From NCBI GenBank assembly GCA_023271515.1, contig JALPXQ010000001.1, positions 1-59,871 of the forward strand: a stretch of 59,871 bases of DNA, given 5' to 3'. The notes under the pieces were generated by a model, which did not search any database, was not told the origin of the DNA, and was given only the letters and a program-made list of their open reading frames with translations. Position 1 is the stretch's first letter, and every line of letters begins with the position of its first letter. Below, piece after piece: positions 10,212 to 20,694 of the stretch. Source of the DNA: Dehalococcoidia bacterium (GTDB lineage Bacteria > Chloroflexota > Dehalococcoidia > SZUA-161 > SpSt-899). Position numbers and translations under genes: made by a program.

Positions 10212-12125
10212 CTAACTCCTATTTCCTCTAGCTCTTTCCAGATGCACCATCAAGAGGGCTATATCCGCTGGTGTAACCCCGTCGATGCGTGAAGCCTGCC
10301 CCAGTGTCTGCGGACGGAAGCGCTCAAGCTTCTGGCACGCTTCGCGGCGTAGCCCGTTAATGCCCCCATAGTCAAACCAATCGGGTATGTGCCGCTCCTC
10401 CAGCCTCAGCATCCTCTGAACAGCGGCCTCCTGCCTCTGGATGTAGCCTTCATATTTGGCCTCGATCACCACCTGTTCGGCGCAATCAGGACATAGCCGG
10501 CTGTCTGCAACGCCGAGCGTGGTCATGGTGCGATAATCCACATCCGGACGGCGCAGAAACTGCAGGGCACTGACGGTGCGTGTTCTAGATGGCAGACCAC
10601 ATTCTTCAAGGGACGCAGCCAATCTCTCGATTGAGAGGTGAGTCTTTGCCAGGCGCTTGAGTTCAGTGGCTACAACACGACGCTTGCTTTCTACCGCTTC
10701 ATATCGTCCCTGGCTGATGAGCCCCAATTTGTAGCCGGTGGGGGTGAGCCGGAGATCGGCGTTGTCCTGGCGTAAGAGCAGGCGATGTTCCGCCCGTGAA
10801 GTGAGCAAGCGGTAGGGCTCCGTCAGATCCTTCGTTACCAGGTCGTCGATCATCACCCCGATGTATGCCTGATCCCGTCGGAGGATCAGTGGGGGTTGTT
10901 CCTTTACCTTCAAAGCGGCGTTTATCCCGGCAAGCAGACCCTGGGCTGCAGCCTCTTCATAACCGGTGGTGCCATTGATCTGCCCGGCAAGAAAGAGTCC
11001 CGGAACCAGCTTGGTTTCCAGCGAGCTTACAATCTGGTTCGGCGGCACGAAGTCGTATTCGATGGCATAGCCGAAGCGAATGATCTCAGCATTTTCCAGC
11101 GCTGGAATAGTGCGAAGCATGGCCAGTTGCACATCCTCCGGGAGGCTGGTGTTGGCACCCTGAAGATAGACCTCGTTGGTTTCCCATCCCTCCGGTTCGA
11201 GGAAGAGTAGGTGCCACGGCTTATCGGCAAACTTTACTATCTTGTCCTCGATGGAGGGGCAATAGCGAGGCCCTGTTCCCTGGATCATACCGGTGAACAG
11301 CGGCGCACGGTGGAGGTTAGATCTGATTATCTGGTGCGTTTTTTCATTGGTGTAGACAAGGTAGCAGGGTATTTGCTGTCGCCAGGGGGTGTAATTTCCC
11401 TGGGGGTAGACAGGGTTGATGGGAGGGAAGTTGAGAGAATTAGAATTAGACTCAAAGCTGAAGTGAAGGGGTACCTCGCTCCCTGCTTGAATGATGGTTC
11501 TGGAGAAGTCGATGGTCCCGGCCTCCAGGCGAGGCGGGGTGCCGGTCTTGAGCCGGCTCATGGTAAATCCCAACCGCCGCAGGCTATCGGAAAGTCCATA
11601 AGCGGCAAACTCGCCGGCGCGCCCGGCAGCAAAGCTCTTCTCTCCGATAATGATTCGTCCCGCAAGAGAGGTTCCGGTGGTGAGAACGACCGTCTTTCCC
11701 TCGTAAGCCCAGCCGGTACTGGTTATCACCTTCAGTGCCTGATGATTTCGTTCCAATACTTCAACGAGTGCCTGCTTGACATAAAGATTGCCCTGCCTCT
11801 CAATGGTGTGTTTCATGGCCAGGCCGTAGAGCTTCTTATCCGCCTGGGCTCGGAGAGCCTGCACTGCCGGACCCTTGCCCGTGTTGAGCATTCGGATATG
11901 GATGAAGGTCTTGTCGATGTTGCGCCCCATCTCCCCGCCGAGGGCGTCGATCTCCCGAACCAGATGTCCCTTGGCGGGCCCCCCGATGGATGGATTGCAG
12001 GGCATGAGGGCTACGTTGTCGAGGTTCATGGTCAGCAGGAGGGTGCGGCAGCCCATTCGAGCGGCAGCCAGGGCGGCCTCACAGCCGGCATGCCCCGCGC
12101 CGACGACGATCACATCGTATATCAT
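10212..12125 (-). CDS. mnmG: tRNA uridine 5-carboxymethylaminomethyl modification enzyme MnmG
   Basis: [21 protein letters not shown] motif and GidA-family length. Start at ATG 12125. Confidence 0.95.
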   Translation of the reverse strand: MIYDVIVVGAGHAGCEAALAAARMGCRTLLLTMNLDNVALMPCNPSIGGPAKGHLVREIDALGGEMGRNIDKTFIHIRMLNTGKGPAVQALRAQADKKLYGLAMKHTIERQGNLYVKQALVEVLERNHQALKVITSTGWAYEGKTVVLTTGTSLAGRIIIGEKSFAAGRAGEFAAYGLSDSLRRLGFTMSRLKTGTPPRLEAGTIDFSRTIIQAGSEVPLHFSFESNSNSLNFPPINPVYPQGNYTPWRQQIPCYLVYTNEKTHQIIRSNLHRAPLFTGMIQGTGPRYCPSIEDKIVKFADKPWHLLFLEPEGWETNEVYLQGANTSLPEDVQLAMLRTIPALENAEIIRFGYAIEYDFVPPNQIVSSLETKLVPGLFLAGQINGTTGYEEAAAQGLLAGINAALKVKEQPPLILRRDQAYIGVMIDDLVTKDLTEPYRLLTSRAEHRLLLRQDNADLRLTPTGYKLGLISQGRYEAVESKRRVVATELKRLAKTHLSIERLAASLEECGLPSRTRTVSALQFLRRPDVDYRTMTTLGVADSRLCPDCAEQVVIEAKYEGYIQRQEAAVQRMLRLEERHIPDWFDYGGINGLRREACQKLERFRPQTLGQASRIDGVTPADIALLMVHLERARGNRS

Positions 12126-12141
12126 GGCATATTCACCAGCT

Positions 12142-13050
12142 CTACGGCGGGCACTTGGCACAGATCGACATGAAGAGGGATGTGCTGAGATACCGGTCAC
12201 CACGGTCCGGGAGGAGCACCACCAGGGTGCCGGAATCCATCTCCCGGGCTATCTTTAGCGCTCCTGCCATTGCCGCCCCGCTCGACATGCCGACGAACAA
12301 CCCCTCTCTGGTTGCCAGGAGCCTGGTGGTTTCAAATGCCTCTTCATCGGTGATGGTCAGTATATCATCCAGAGCCTCTCGCTGGTAAATACGCGGGACA
12401 ATGGATTCCCGCATGTTCTTCAGACCCTGTATGGTGTGGCCCTCCATCGGTTCCAGACCAACGATCCGCACCGCCGGGTTTCGTTCTTTGAGGTATCTTG
12501 AGACGCCCATCAGGGTACCGGTCGTGCCCATCCCGGCAACGAACACCTCTACCTCGCCGTCTGTCTGGGCAAATATCTCCGGGCCGGTTGTTTCATAGTG
12601 GGCCAGAACATTGTTCTCATTCTCAAACTGATTTGGCATATAATACGTATCAGGGTGCTCTTCGAGAATTTGATGCGCCCGCAGGATAGCCCCGTCGGTT
12701 GCCTGATATCCCGGGGTCAGCTCGATCTCCGCCCCAAAAGCCTCAATTATATGTTGCCTCTCAACGCTGACACATTCGGGCATGATCAACTTCACCTTGT
12801 AACCCTTGGCTGCTCCTATCATGGCCAGCGCGATCCCGGTGTTCCCCGAGGTGGGTTCGAGGATGGTCTTGTCCGCCGGCAACTCGCCTGACATGATGGC
12901 TTTTTCTATCATGTAGCAAGCGATGCGATCCTTGACCGAGCCCCCCGGATTGCTTCCCTCAAGTTTAGCCATGAGCCTTACCCGGGGATTCCCGTTCAGG
13001 TTATTCAGCTCCACAAGCGGCGTATTCCCGATGGAATCGATAACACTCAT
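12142..13050 (-). CDS. cysK: cysteine synthase (O-acetylserine sulfhydrylase family)
   Basis: NTPLV, the PLP lysine motif SVKDR, and the GTTGT loop. Confidence 0.88.
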   Translation of the reverse strand: MSVIDSIGNTPLVELNNLNGNPRVRLMAKLEGSNPGGSVKDRIACYMIEKAIMSGELPADKTILEPTSGNTGIALAMIGAAKGYKVKLIMPECVSVERQHIIEAFGAEIELTPGYQATDGAILRAHQILEEHPDTYYMPNQFENENNVLAHYETTGPEIFAQTDGEVEVFVAGMGTTGTLMGVSRYLKERNPAVRIVGLEPMEGHTIQGLKNMRESIVPRIYQREALDDILTITDEEAFETTRLLATREGLFVGMSSGAAMAGALKIAREMDSGTLVVLLPDRGDRYLSTSLFMSICAKCPP

Positions 13051-13625
13051 TACGCACCACCCACGATGATCTCATCCAGCGAGCGCTTGGGCACGTGGTG
13101 GATGCCCTGACTGTCGCGCCAGTATCCCGTGTCGCCGTCCGTCCCGAGCGGCTCGATGACCACTGTTTCCGCCGGTTTTCCGATCGCCAGCACCAGGAGT
13201 ATCTCGTAGCGATCAGGAATGTTGAGCGCGGCACGGAGCTTCGGACGATTGATCGAGGCCAACATGCATCCTCCCAGTCCCCTTTCCCTTGCGCCAAGCA
13301 TGATATTCTGGCTGGCGATGCCGTGGTCGCATCCAAAGTGAGTGGTCACCTCGGTATCGCCGAGCACGATGATATATGCCGATGGCCGTTCCCCTTCAGC
13401 CGGGCCGCCCCAGTCTTTGAGCGCCGCCGCCCAGGTGAGGGTGGAGAAAATCTGGGCGTTAGTCTCTGGCTCCCAGGAAAGGATGTATTTCAACGGCTGC
13501 AGATTTCTGGCCGATGCGGAATGCCTGGCCAGATCGAGCAGCTCGACCAGTACCTGGCGGGTGAGGGTCACACTCTGGTCGAACCGTCGGAAGCTGCGGG
13601 TGCTGCGGATCAAATCATCTATCAT
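13050..13625 (-). CDS. nitroreductase family protein
   Basis: 191 aa. RSTRSFRRF N-terminal motif typical of the NADH/FMN nitroreductase fold. Confidence 0.8.
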   Translation of the reverse strand: MIDDLIRSTRSFRRFDQSVTLTRQVLVELLDLARHSASARNLQPLKYILSWEPETNAQIFSTLTWAAALKDWGGPAEGERPSAYIIVLGDTEVTTHFGCDHGIASQNIMLGARERGLGGCMLASINRPKLRAALNIPDRYEILLVLAIGKPAETVVIEPLGTDGDTGYWRDSQGIHHVPKRSLDEIIVGGA

Positions 13626-13772
13626 TCTTAAGCTCCGTTAACAGATTTTTGAGAACGCCTTGGTAAACTTTTCACTCCCCTCAGAATAGATTATAACATA
13701 AAAGCTAAGTGTGACACCTGTCCCGGTGTAAGAGGCTGTGCCCCAAGCCGGAGAAGATCTCTGTTGGCCTCA

Positions 13773-14336
13773 TCATTGAGTGTATAGAGGGGCTTTCCCC
13801 ATGGTTGCGCTCCTCAAAACAAAAGCAATTGCCTTTGCAAGTTCTTCCGGCCTCTGTGATCCGATTAATATTGGCCTTCCATCTAGAAATTCTAAGGCCA
13901 CTCCACGATTACCGCTCACATTATATGCTTTACCTGATCTATAAGAACGAACACCCCATCCTCTGCAGTCTTTAATAGGACTATACGTTCGCACTTCGTA
14001 TCGCTTCAAGTTCTCCAAAGGAATCCTAAGAAAAGAAGAATGGAGAGGGAAGAGGCGAATATACAATCCATCACTTCGCACCTCTGTTATCAGTTTTGCG
14101 GTATAGAATAGCCAAATAAGACCTGCACCAAGAGCAATAAAAAAGCCTCCGACAATGAGCAGCATTGTATCTGATATTGGATCGTCTCCCCACGGTTGAC
14201 CAAAAACAAGTTGCCTAATCATTCCATAACCGAAAAGTCCCACAAGAAGCATACAACTGGAAAGCATGATTAACCAGAGCCACCATTGACGAAACTTTTG
14301 AATTTCCTGGAAAATCATATTTCCATCCTTATTCAT
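13773..14336 (-). CDS. membrane protein of unknown function
   Basis: 187 aa. Two N-terminal hydrophobic helices followed by a soluble domain. AT-richer than its neighbours. I recognise no family. Confidence 0.55.
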   Translation of the reverse strand: MNKDGNMIFQEIQKFRQWWLWLIMLSSCMLLVGLFGYGMIRQLVFGQPWGDDPISDTMLLIVGGFFIALGAGLIWLFYTAKLITEVRSDGLYIRLFPLHSSFLRIPLENLKRYEVRTYSPIKDCRGWGVRSYRSGKAYNVSGNRGVALEFLDGRPILIGSQRPEELAKAIAFVLRSATMGKAPLYTQ

Positions 14337-15141
14337 GTTACCCCTCCCCCTCTAAGCCATTTCACCTGACGTTTCGCGTGTTTGCGACGTTCGCCGATAG
14401 GCGAACGAACGGCTTCAGCAATCGCCTCTTTGGTCAGTGCCCGCGCCATTCCTCAATAACTGCCTCCCAAGCCATGTCGTTGGCTACCTGTTCAAGCACA
14501 TCTACAACTAATACTACTTTGTTAATTAGTCCTGTCTCTCTGAAGAATAAGGAGTTTCCAAAGCAGAGGAGATTGAGGAATGGGTGCTGTGACCAGCCCT
14601 CACCAGAATCGATCAGGTTCGGAACTTGACCGCCTGGTGCAAGTAACAAAGTAGTACTAATTCCGATATCTCCGAACATCCATTCCCGTCTGCACGTGCA
14701 ATTGCTAACACACTATGCCATGGCTAGTCAATAATCGTATCCCTTGAGGCAGATGGAACGGCGGCAATATGCTGCGCGGCTCTACCCCCTACCCATGCGG
14801 TATTTGATGTCATAGTTGATGATGAAACTTCCTCGTCGGTGAAGCCGTAGTGCTGCGCCTGCAGCACTCTTTATCGTCCTTGCTTTGCTTCCCACCTGAA
14901 AGTTCGCCGGAAAACCACCTCATCAGTCTCACTCCAGGCATTGCCCTGTTCAATACCCTCCAGTGCCTTATCTAAATGACCCATTTTACTTCTACGGATT
15001 CCATAGGAAGCATCCGGTGCTCCTCCTACTTAAACAGTGTATACAATGGTTGATGGTGGATGGTTGGTTGCCTTATCCTCATCGTTTTCTAACCCCTGGG
15101 CCTGCGGCCGGGGGCAGGCCTGACAACCCGAGCAGTTACAC

Positions 15142-15504
15142 TCAAGGTATATAGGTCACACACGAGTCTGGCGATTCCCAGACCTCGACATTGAAGATCG
15201 AAACCGCCTCCAGGCGGGGTTGCAGATCCCGGTAAATCGTGGTCGCGATGTTCTCCGACGAAGGGTTGATCTTGTCGAAGGGTGCTACATTATTCAAGCA
15301 GACGTGATCGAATCGCCCTAAGACCTCTCGCAGGTGCCCTTTCAACTCTGAGAAATCGAAGGCCATGCCAACATCATCGAGCTCCGAGCTCTCAACCGTC
15401 ACCACGGCCTCAAAGCGGTGGCCATGCAGTTCCTCACACTTGCCCTGATAGCCCCTCAGGTAGTGTGCGGCATCAAAGTGCTGCCGAACGGATACACGGT
15501 ACAT
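15142..15504 (-). CDS. queD: 6-carboxytetrahydropterin / 6-pyruvoyltetrahydropterin synthase family protein (PTPS-I/III-like)
   Basis: 120 aa. KCEELHGH carries both the C-x3-HGH and the E-x2-HGH signatures. Overlaps the folK 3' end. Confidence 0.85.
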   Translation of the reverse strand: MYRVSVRQHFDAAHYLRGYQGKCEELHGHRFEAVVTVESSELDDVGMAFDFSELKGHLREVLGRFDHVCLNNVAPFDKINPSSENIATTIYRDLQPRLEAVSIFNVEVWESPDSCVTYIP

Positions 15505-15982
15505 CTCTCCACCTCCTTACTTGTTGTGCCTCGGTCAGCCCGGAAAGTAAATCCCTCATGGTCTTCCCGATTGAGGGATGGGCAAGGTCGGGGGCGATCT
15601 CCACCAGTGGGATCAGGACAAAGGCCCGCTCTCCAATACGAGGGTGAGGGATAACCAGATACTGATCCTCAATCACCCGCTGGGCATAGAAGAGTATATC
15701 AATGTCGATGGGGCGAGGGGCGTTCGGGAAGCTGGCAACCCGGCCGAGCTGCCCCTCAATGTCCTTGACATAACGGAGCAGCTCAAAGGGGTCGAGCTGA
15801 GTCGTCCCAGAGCAGGCCATGTTGAGAAACCAGGGTTGATCCAGGTAACCCAGAGGCTCCGTTTCATAGATCGAGGAGACCTTCTTGATCATCATCCTCT
15901 CCGCCAGGGATTCAAGTCCCCTTGCCAGATTCCTTTCTCTATCCCCCAGGTTCGATCCGAGGCCAAGGTAAATGGTGTCCAT
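15473..15982 (-). CDS. folK: 2-amino-4-hydroxy-6-hydroxymethyldihydropteridine diphosphokinase
   Basis: IYLGLGSNLGDR start and HPR motif. 169 aa. Confidence 0.9.
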   Translation of the reverse strand: MDTIYLGLGSNLGDRERNLARGLESLAERMMIKKVSSIYETEPLGYLDQPWFLNMACSGTTQLDPFELLRYVKDIEGQLGRVASFPNAPRPIDIDILFYAQRVIEDQYLVIPHPRIGERAFVLIPLVEIAPDLAHPSIGKTMRDLLSGLTEAQQVRRWRDVPCIRSAAL

Positions 15983-16061
15983 TACCCTATTCTAACATAT
16001 CCGATCCGGCAATACTTGATTAAGTCCATAGCCTCGGTTAGAATAAAACAGAGGCCGGGAC

Positions 16062-17387
16062 ATGTTTGAGTCACTATCAGCTAAGCTATCGGCTGTTTTC
16101 AAGAAGCTCAGCGGCAGGGGAAAACTGACTGAAAAGGATGTCGATGAGGCATTGCGAGAGGTCAGGCTGGCACTTCTGGAGGCGGATGTAAACTTCAAGG
16201 TAGCCAAAGGATTCATTGCCCGGGTGCGCCAGAGGGCGGTGGGAGGTGAGGTTCTGGAGAGCCTCACGCCGGCCCAGCAGGTCATAAAGATCGTTAACCA
16301 GGAGCTGACAGGCATCTTTGGCGGCGGCCCGCATAAACTCGCCCAGGCCAACACCCCTCCGACGGTGATCCTGATGACCGGACTCCAGGGGGCGGGGAAA
16401 ACTACCACCACAGCCAAGCTGGCCCTTCACCTCAGACGCGGCGGGGGGCGGCCGCTTATGGTGGCAGCCGATCCATACCGGCCCGCTGCCGTTAATCAGC
16501 TGCTTACTCTGGGCAAACAGCTCGACCTGCCGGTTTACGCCGATGAGCAGGCTAAATCGGTGGATGCTATTTGTAAGCAAGCTATGAAGCGGGCGAAGGA
16601 ACTATCCTCGACCACCGTGATACTGGACACGGCCGGACGGCTCCATGTAGACTCGGAGCTGATGGACGAATTAGAGCGGATTCGGGATGCGCTCCATCCC
16701 ACCGAGGTGCTGCTCATCGCCGATGCGATGATGGGGCAGGAGGCGGTGCGGATAGCTGAGGAATTCCACGCCAAGGTCGGCCTGACCGGCGTTATCCTCA
16801 CCAAGATGGATGGTGATGCTCGTGGCGGGGCGGCGCTATCCCTTACTTCGGTCACCGGCGTGCCCATAAAGTTCGTTGGCGTTGGCGAAAAACTCGATGC
16901 CCTGGAGGCGTTTCATCCCGATCGCATGGCCTCCCGGATACTGGGCATGGGGGATATGCTGAGCTTTATCGAAAAGGCGGAGGCGGCCATCGACCAGAAG
17001 AAGGCCCTGGAGATGGAAAAGAAGATGCGCCAGGCGCGCTTCGATCTGGATGATTTCCTCGATCAACTCCAGGAGGTCAAGAAGATGGGCCCCATAAGCC
17101 AACTGCTGGACATGATCCCCGGGTTCTCCAGGGGGGCGAATAAACTAAATGTGAATCTGGATGAGGGGCAGGTTAAGAGGGTGGAGGCCATAGTTCTCTC
17201 CATGACCCCTGAAGAACGACATCACCCGGACATCATAGACGGCAGCCGGAGACGGCGCATTTCCCGGGGCAGTGGAACCACCCCGCAGGAGGTGAACCAA
17301 CTGCTGAACCAGTTCCGCCAGATGCAGAAACTGATGAAGCAAATGAGCTCCGGCCGGATGCGGAACTTGCCCTCATTGCGTATCTAA
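16062..17387 (+). CDS. ffh: signal recognition particle protein Ffh
   Basis: GLQGAGKTTT, DTAGR, and a Met-rich M domain. Confidence 0.95.
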   Translation: MFESLSAKLSAVFKKLSGRGKLTEKDVDEALREVRLALLEADVNFKVAKGFIARVRQRAVGGEVLESLTPAQQVIKIVNQELTGIFGGGPHKLAQANTPPTVILMTGLQGAGKTTTTAKLALHLRRGGGRPLMVAADPYRPAAVNQLLTLGKQLDLPVYADEQAKSVDAICKQAMKRAKELSSTTVILDTAGRLHVDSELMDELERIRDALHPTEVLLIADAMMGQEAVRIAEEFHAKVGLTGVILTKMDGDARGGAALSLTSVTGVPIKFVGVGEKLDALEAFHPDRMASRILGMGDMLSFIEKAEAAIDQKKALEMEKKMRQARFDLDDFLDQLQEVKKMGPISQLLDMIPGFSRGANKLNVNLDEGQVKRVEAIVLSMTPEERHHPDIIDGSRRRRISRGSGTTPQEVNQLLNQFRQMQKLMKQMSSGRMRNLPSLRI

Positions 17388-17412
17388 GCATTGGGCATTA
17401 TCACCCAGGAAG

Positions 17413-18204
17413 ATGAAAATCGTCGGCATCCTCAACATTACCACCGATTCCTTCTCCGATGGCATGCGCTATTTAGACACCGCGGCCGCCATTGAGAAAG
17501 GACTGAGCCTTGCGGCTGAGGGCGCCGACCTGGTAGACATCGGGGCGGAGTCCACCAGTATCTATGGCCAAAAGATAACCGCCGCCCAGGAAATCGAGCG
17601 GCTGTCCCCGGTCATCGAGGCGCTGCGCAAAGAAGGGGTTCGCATCTCCGTTGATACCTATAAGCCCGAGGTGATGGAGCATGTTGTCGCTCTTGGGGTG
17701 GAAATGATCAATGACGTCAGTGGACTCAAAGATGAGACCGCCATCAGGGTGGTGCAGCGGGCGGGTCTTCCGGTGGTGGTCATGTTCAACCGGAATCCAG
17801 ACGTTCGTGCCCAAACGACGCCCCGAGACCACACCACGGTGATGGGCGAGGTGGTGGCTTTCTTTAGGGAGAGGCTCAAGACGCTCCACGATGCCGGCAT
17901 AGCGGGTGACAGGGTAATCATCGATCCGGGGATGGGCTTGTTCATCGGAGGGACGGAGTCGAGCCTGATGGTCCTGCGGCACCTGGAAACGCTCAAGCAG
18001 TTCGGGCGCAAGATCTATCTCTCCCCGTCGCGTAAGTCCTTCATCGGGGCGGTGCTTGACCGGCCCGTCGAGGCGAGGGGATATGGGACGCTGGCGGTGG
18101 AGATATGGGCCTATCTCCACGGTGTTGAGTATATCCGCACCCATGAGCCGGGGCCACTGCGGGATGCTATTCGGATGATCCAGGCTATTGAGCAAGTTGA
18201 GTAA
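17413..18204 (+). CDS. folP: dihydropteroate synthase
   Basis: GILNITTDSFSDG start motif. 263 aa. Confidence 0.9.
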   Translation: MKIVGILNITTDSFSDGMRYLDTAAAIEKGLSLAAEGADLVDIGAESTSIYGQKITAAQEIERLSPVIEALRKEGVRISVDTYKPEVMEHVVALGVEMINDVSGLKDETAIRVVQRAGLPVVVMFNRNPDVRAQTTPRDHTTVMGEVVAFFRERLKTLHDAGIAGDRVIIDPGMGLFIGGTESSLMVLRHLETLKQFGRKIYLSPSRKSFIGAVLDRPVEARGYGTLAVEIWAYLHGVEYIRTHEPGPLRDAIRMIQAIEQVE

Positions 18205-18878
18205 TGAAGAAGAGAAACTATTTTACCCGGGAATCCATCCGGCAAAAGTCGCGGGCGATGTTGGAGGAAGCCAGCCGACTCAGTGCAAGGCACGATCTCA
18301 CACTTGTCCCCGAACGGTCTGTTGTGCTGATTCTAGACATGCAGCGGTATTTTCTGGAGGGCACGTCGCACGCATGTATCCCTGCCGCAAGAGCAATCGT
18401 TCCCGGTATAGCAAAGCTCGCTCGGGCCTATTTCGAGGACGGCCTGCCCATCGTCTTCACTCGCCACCTGAACACTGACGCCAACGCCGGGATGATGTCC
18501 AGATGGTGGCAGGATTTGATAAGAGCGGATGACCCCGCTAGCGAGATCATCCCTGAGTTTGACCTCTCCCAGGGGGTAGTCATTGAGAAGAGTCAGTATG
18601 ACGCTTTTTATGAGACCCCACTGGACGAGATGCTGCGGGAAAGGGGGGTTACTCAGATAGTGATCTGCGGGGTGATGAGTCATCTCTGTTGCGAGACCAC
18701 CGCTCGTTCCGCCTTCGTGCGGGGGTTTGAGGTTTTCTTCACTGTGGACGGTACCGCCACCTATACCGAGGCGTTCCATCGGGCAACCCTTCTGAATTTA
18801 GCCCATGGTTTTGCCGTCCCGGTGTTGACTCACGAAATTCTAGACAAGCTCCCTTTAGGTAAAGCCAATGCACCTTAA
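18204..18878 (+). CDS. isochorismatase-family hydrolase
   Basis: LVILDMQ motif and catalytic-Cys region VICGVMSHLCCETTARSAF. Confidence 0.8.
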   Translation: MKKRNYFTRESIRQKSRAMLEEASRLSARHDLTLVPERSVVLILDMQRYFLEGTSHACIPAARAIVPGIAKLARAYFEDGLPIVFTRHLNTDANAGMMSRWWQDLIRADDPASEIIPEFDLSQGVVIEKSQYDAFYETPLDEMLRERGVTQIVICGVMSHLCCETTARSAFVRGFEVFFTVDGTATYTEAFHRATLLNLAHGFAVPVLTHEILDKLPLGKANAP

Positions 18879-19750
18879 AGAAGTGGCCATCATCGGGGCG
18901 GGGCCGGGGGGGGATAGCGGCAGCGATACAACTGAAGCGCTATGGAATGGAACCGCTTCTGCTGGAGAAAAGCCATATCGGCGGGCTTCTAGTGAATGCC
19001 AACCTGGTGGAGAATTACCCCGGCTTCCCCGGGGGGATCCCTGGAGCCGATCTGGTGAAGCTGTTCGAGTCGCACTTGGGAGAAATTGGCATGCCCGTTC
19101 ATTTCGAGGAGGTAGTGCGGCTGGATTGGCAGGAATCATTCATTATAGAAACCCGAGATACAAAATTTCATTCCCGGATAGCGGTTGTCGCTTCCGGAAC
19201 GAAGCCACGGCGTTTTACTGACATCGAGATTCCGCCGGAGGCAACGGAAAGGGTTTTCTATGAAGTCTATCCCATCGCCGGCGTAGCTGATAAGAGAATC
19301 GCCATCGTTGGTGCCGGTGATGCCAGCTTCGACTACGCCCTGAATCTCGCTCGCCGGAATGAGGTGACAATCCTCAATCGAGGACAGAAGAAAAGATGCC
19401 TTCCCCTTCTTGGGGAGAGGGTGGAGAGGTCCCCCAGGATTAGCTATCGGGAGGATACCTCCATCGCTGCGATAAAGGATTCTCGCGATGGGCTTGTTCT
19501 GGACATCAAGAGTCCCGCGGGAAAGTGGGAGCTTTCGGCTGATTATGTTATATTTGCTATTGGCAGGGTGAGGCAACTCGACTACTTTTCCGAAAGGTTA
19601 ACCAAGATGGCTTCAGAACTGGAGGAGCGGGGCTTGCTTTATTTCGTGGGTGATGTGAGGAACGATATCTACCGGCAGAGCTCGATAGCGGTCGGCGACG
19701 GGGTTCACGTGGCCATGAAGATTTACAGGAGGTCCCAATGCAAATTCTAA
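18868..19750 (+). pseudogene. thioredoxin-reductase-like FAD/NAD(P) oxidoreductase, frame broken in a G8 run
   Basis: Frame 1 gives KEVAIIGAGPGG. Removing one G from the G8 run at 18906-18913 continues it as IAAAIQLKRYGMEPLLLEK, which is the start of the 18947-19750 ORF. Confidence 0.7.
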
Positions 19751-20694
19751 ACACTATTGGCAGAGAGGATATCGCCAGCGTCTACATTGCGGATTTGGGG
19801 CAAGGGAGGCTAGTGGAATTTGTGGAATCTACCCAGCCTCCGCTGACGAGGGATAAGAAGTGGGTTCTGATCGTGTCCACCCTCCTCGGCTGCCCGGTCA
19901 AATGCCTCATGTGCGACGCCGGTGACGACTACAAAGGCAGGCTATCCAAAGAGGAGATGTTCCTCCAGATAGACTATCTTATCAAAAAGCGATTCCCCGA
20001 TGGGGTGGTGCCCGTTGAGAAATTCAAGATTCAGTTTGCCCGGATGGGGGAGCCAGCCCTTAATCCCAGCGTCATCGATGTCCTCGATGAAATGCCGCTG
20101 CGCTATGATGCCCCGGGGTTTATTCCTTCAGTCTCCACCGTTGCCCCGTGTGGTGCTGACGGCTTCTTCGAACGGCTACTTGAACTCAAACGTCGCCGAT
20201 ATTCCGGAGGCCGATTCCAGCTTCAATTCTCCATCCATACAACTGACAAAGAGTTACGTAAAAAAATCGTCCCGGTGGAGAAGTGGAGTCTTGCCCGGAT
20301 TGCTCGGTATGGCGAGTCTTTTCACGAGAATGGAGATCAGAAGATAGGCTTGAACTTTGCCCTCGCCGACGGAATGCCGGTTGATGTTAAGATTCTCCGG
20401 AATTACTTCTCTCCGGAGAAGTTCTTGATCAAGATAACCCCCATAAATCCCACCCACCGCGCGGCCCAAAACAAGCTCAGGTCCTACGTTGATGCCTATA
20501 GCAAGCGAGAAGATTACCAGATAGTCAAAGAACTTCGATCATCCGGCTACGAGGTTATCCTGAGCATCGGGGAGACGGAGGAGAACCGCATCGGTAGCAA
20601 CTGCGGGCAGTATGTGATGCAGCATCTGAGAGCGAAGGCGGCAGTTGGGCAAGGGGGTTACGATTACTGGGGGAGTGATTATGACGAGGAGTAA
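19738..20694 (+). CDS. radical SAM protein (RlmN/Cfr-like core)
   Basis: CPVKCLMC is a CX3CX2C cluster motif. C-terminal SNCGQY resembles the RlmN-type ACGQL motif. Confidence 0.75.
   Translation: MQILNTIGREDIASVYIADLGQGRLVEFVESTQPPLTRDKKWVLIVSTLLGCPVKCLMCDAGDDYKGRLSKEEMFLQIDYLIKKRFPDGVVPVEKFKIQFARMGEPALNPSVIDVLDEMPLRYDAPGFIPSVSTVAPCGADGFFERLLELKRRRYSGGRFQLQFSIHTTDKELRKKIVPVEKWSLARIARYGESFHENGDQKIGLNFALADGMPVDVKILRNYFSPEKFLIKITPINPTHRAAQNKLRSYVDAYSKREDYQIVKELRSSGYEVILSIGETEENRIGSNCGQYVMQHLRAKAAVGQGGYDYWGSDYDEE

Noticed and set aside
11211-12173. Long ORFs antisense to or overlapping clear genes. Examples: 11211-12173 (+), 339-1088 (+), 17473-18195 (-), 20555-21295 (-), 25841-26857 (-), 26664-27362 (-), 32801-33520 (-), 13095-13631 (+).
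   Set aside because: Each lies opposite a gene with strong family motifs. Their translations are low-complexity, Arg/Pro/Gly-rich shadows typical of GC-rich DNA.
15059-15073. Exact 15-mer GATGGTTGGTTGCCT shared between 15059-15073 and 47144-47158, both intergenic. Considered as a dispersed repeat.
   Set aside because: One or two exact 15-mer coincidences are expected by chance in a 60-kb window, and the flanks do not align.
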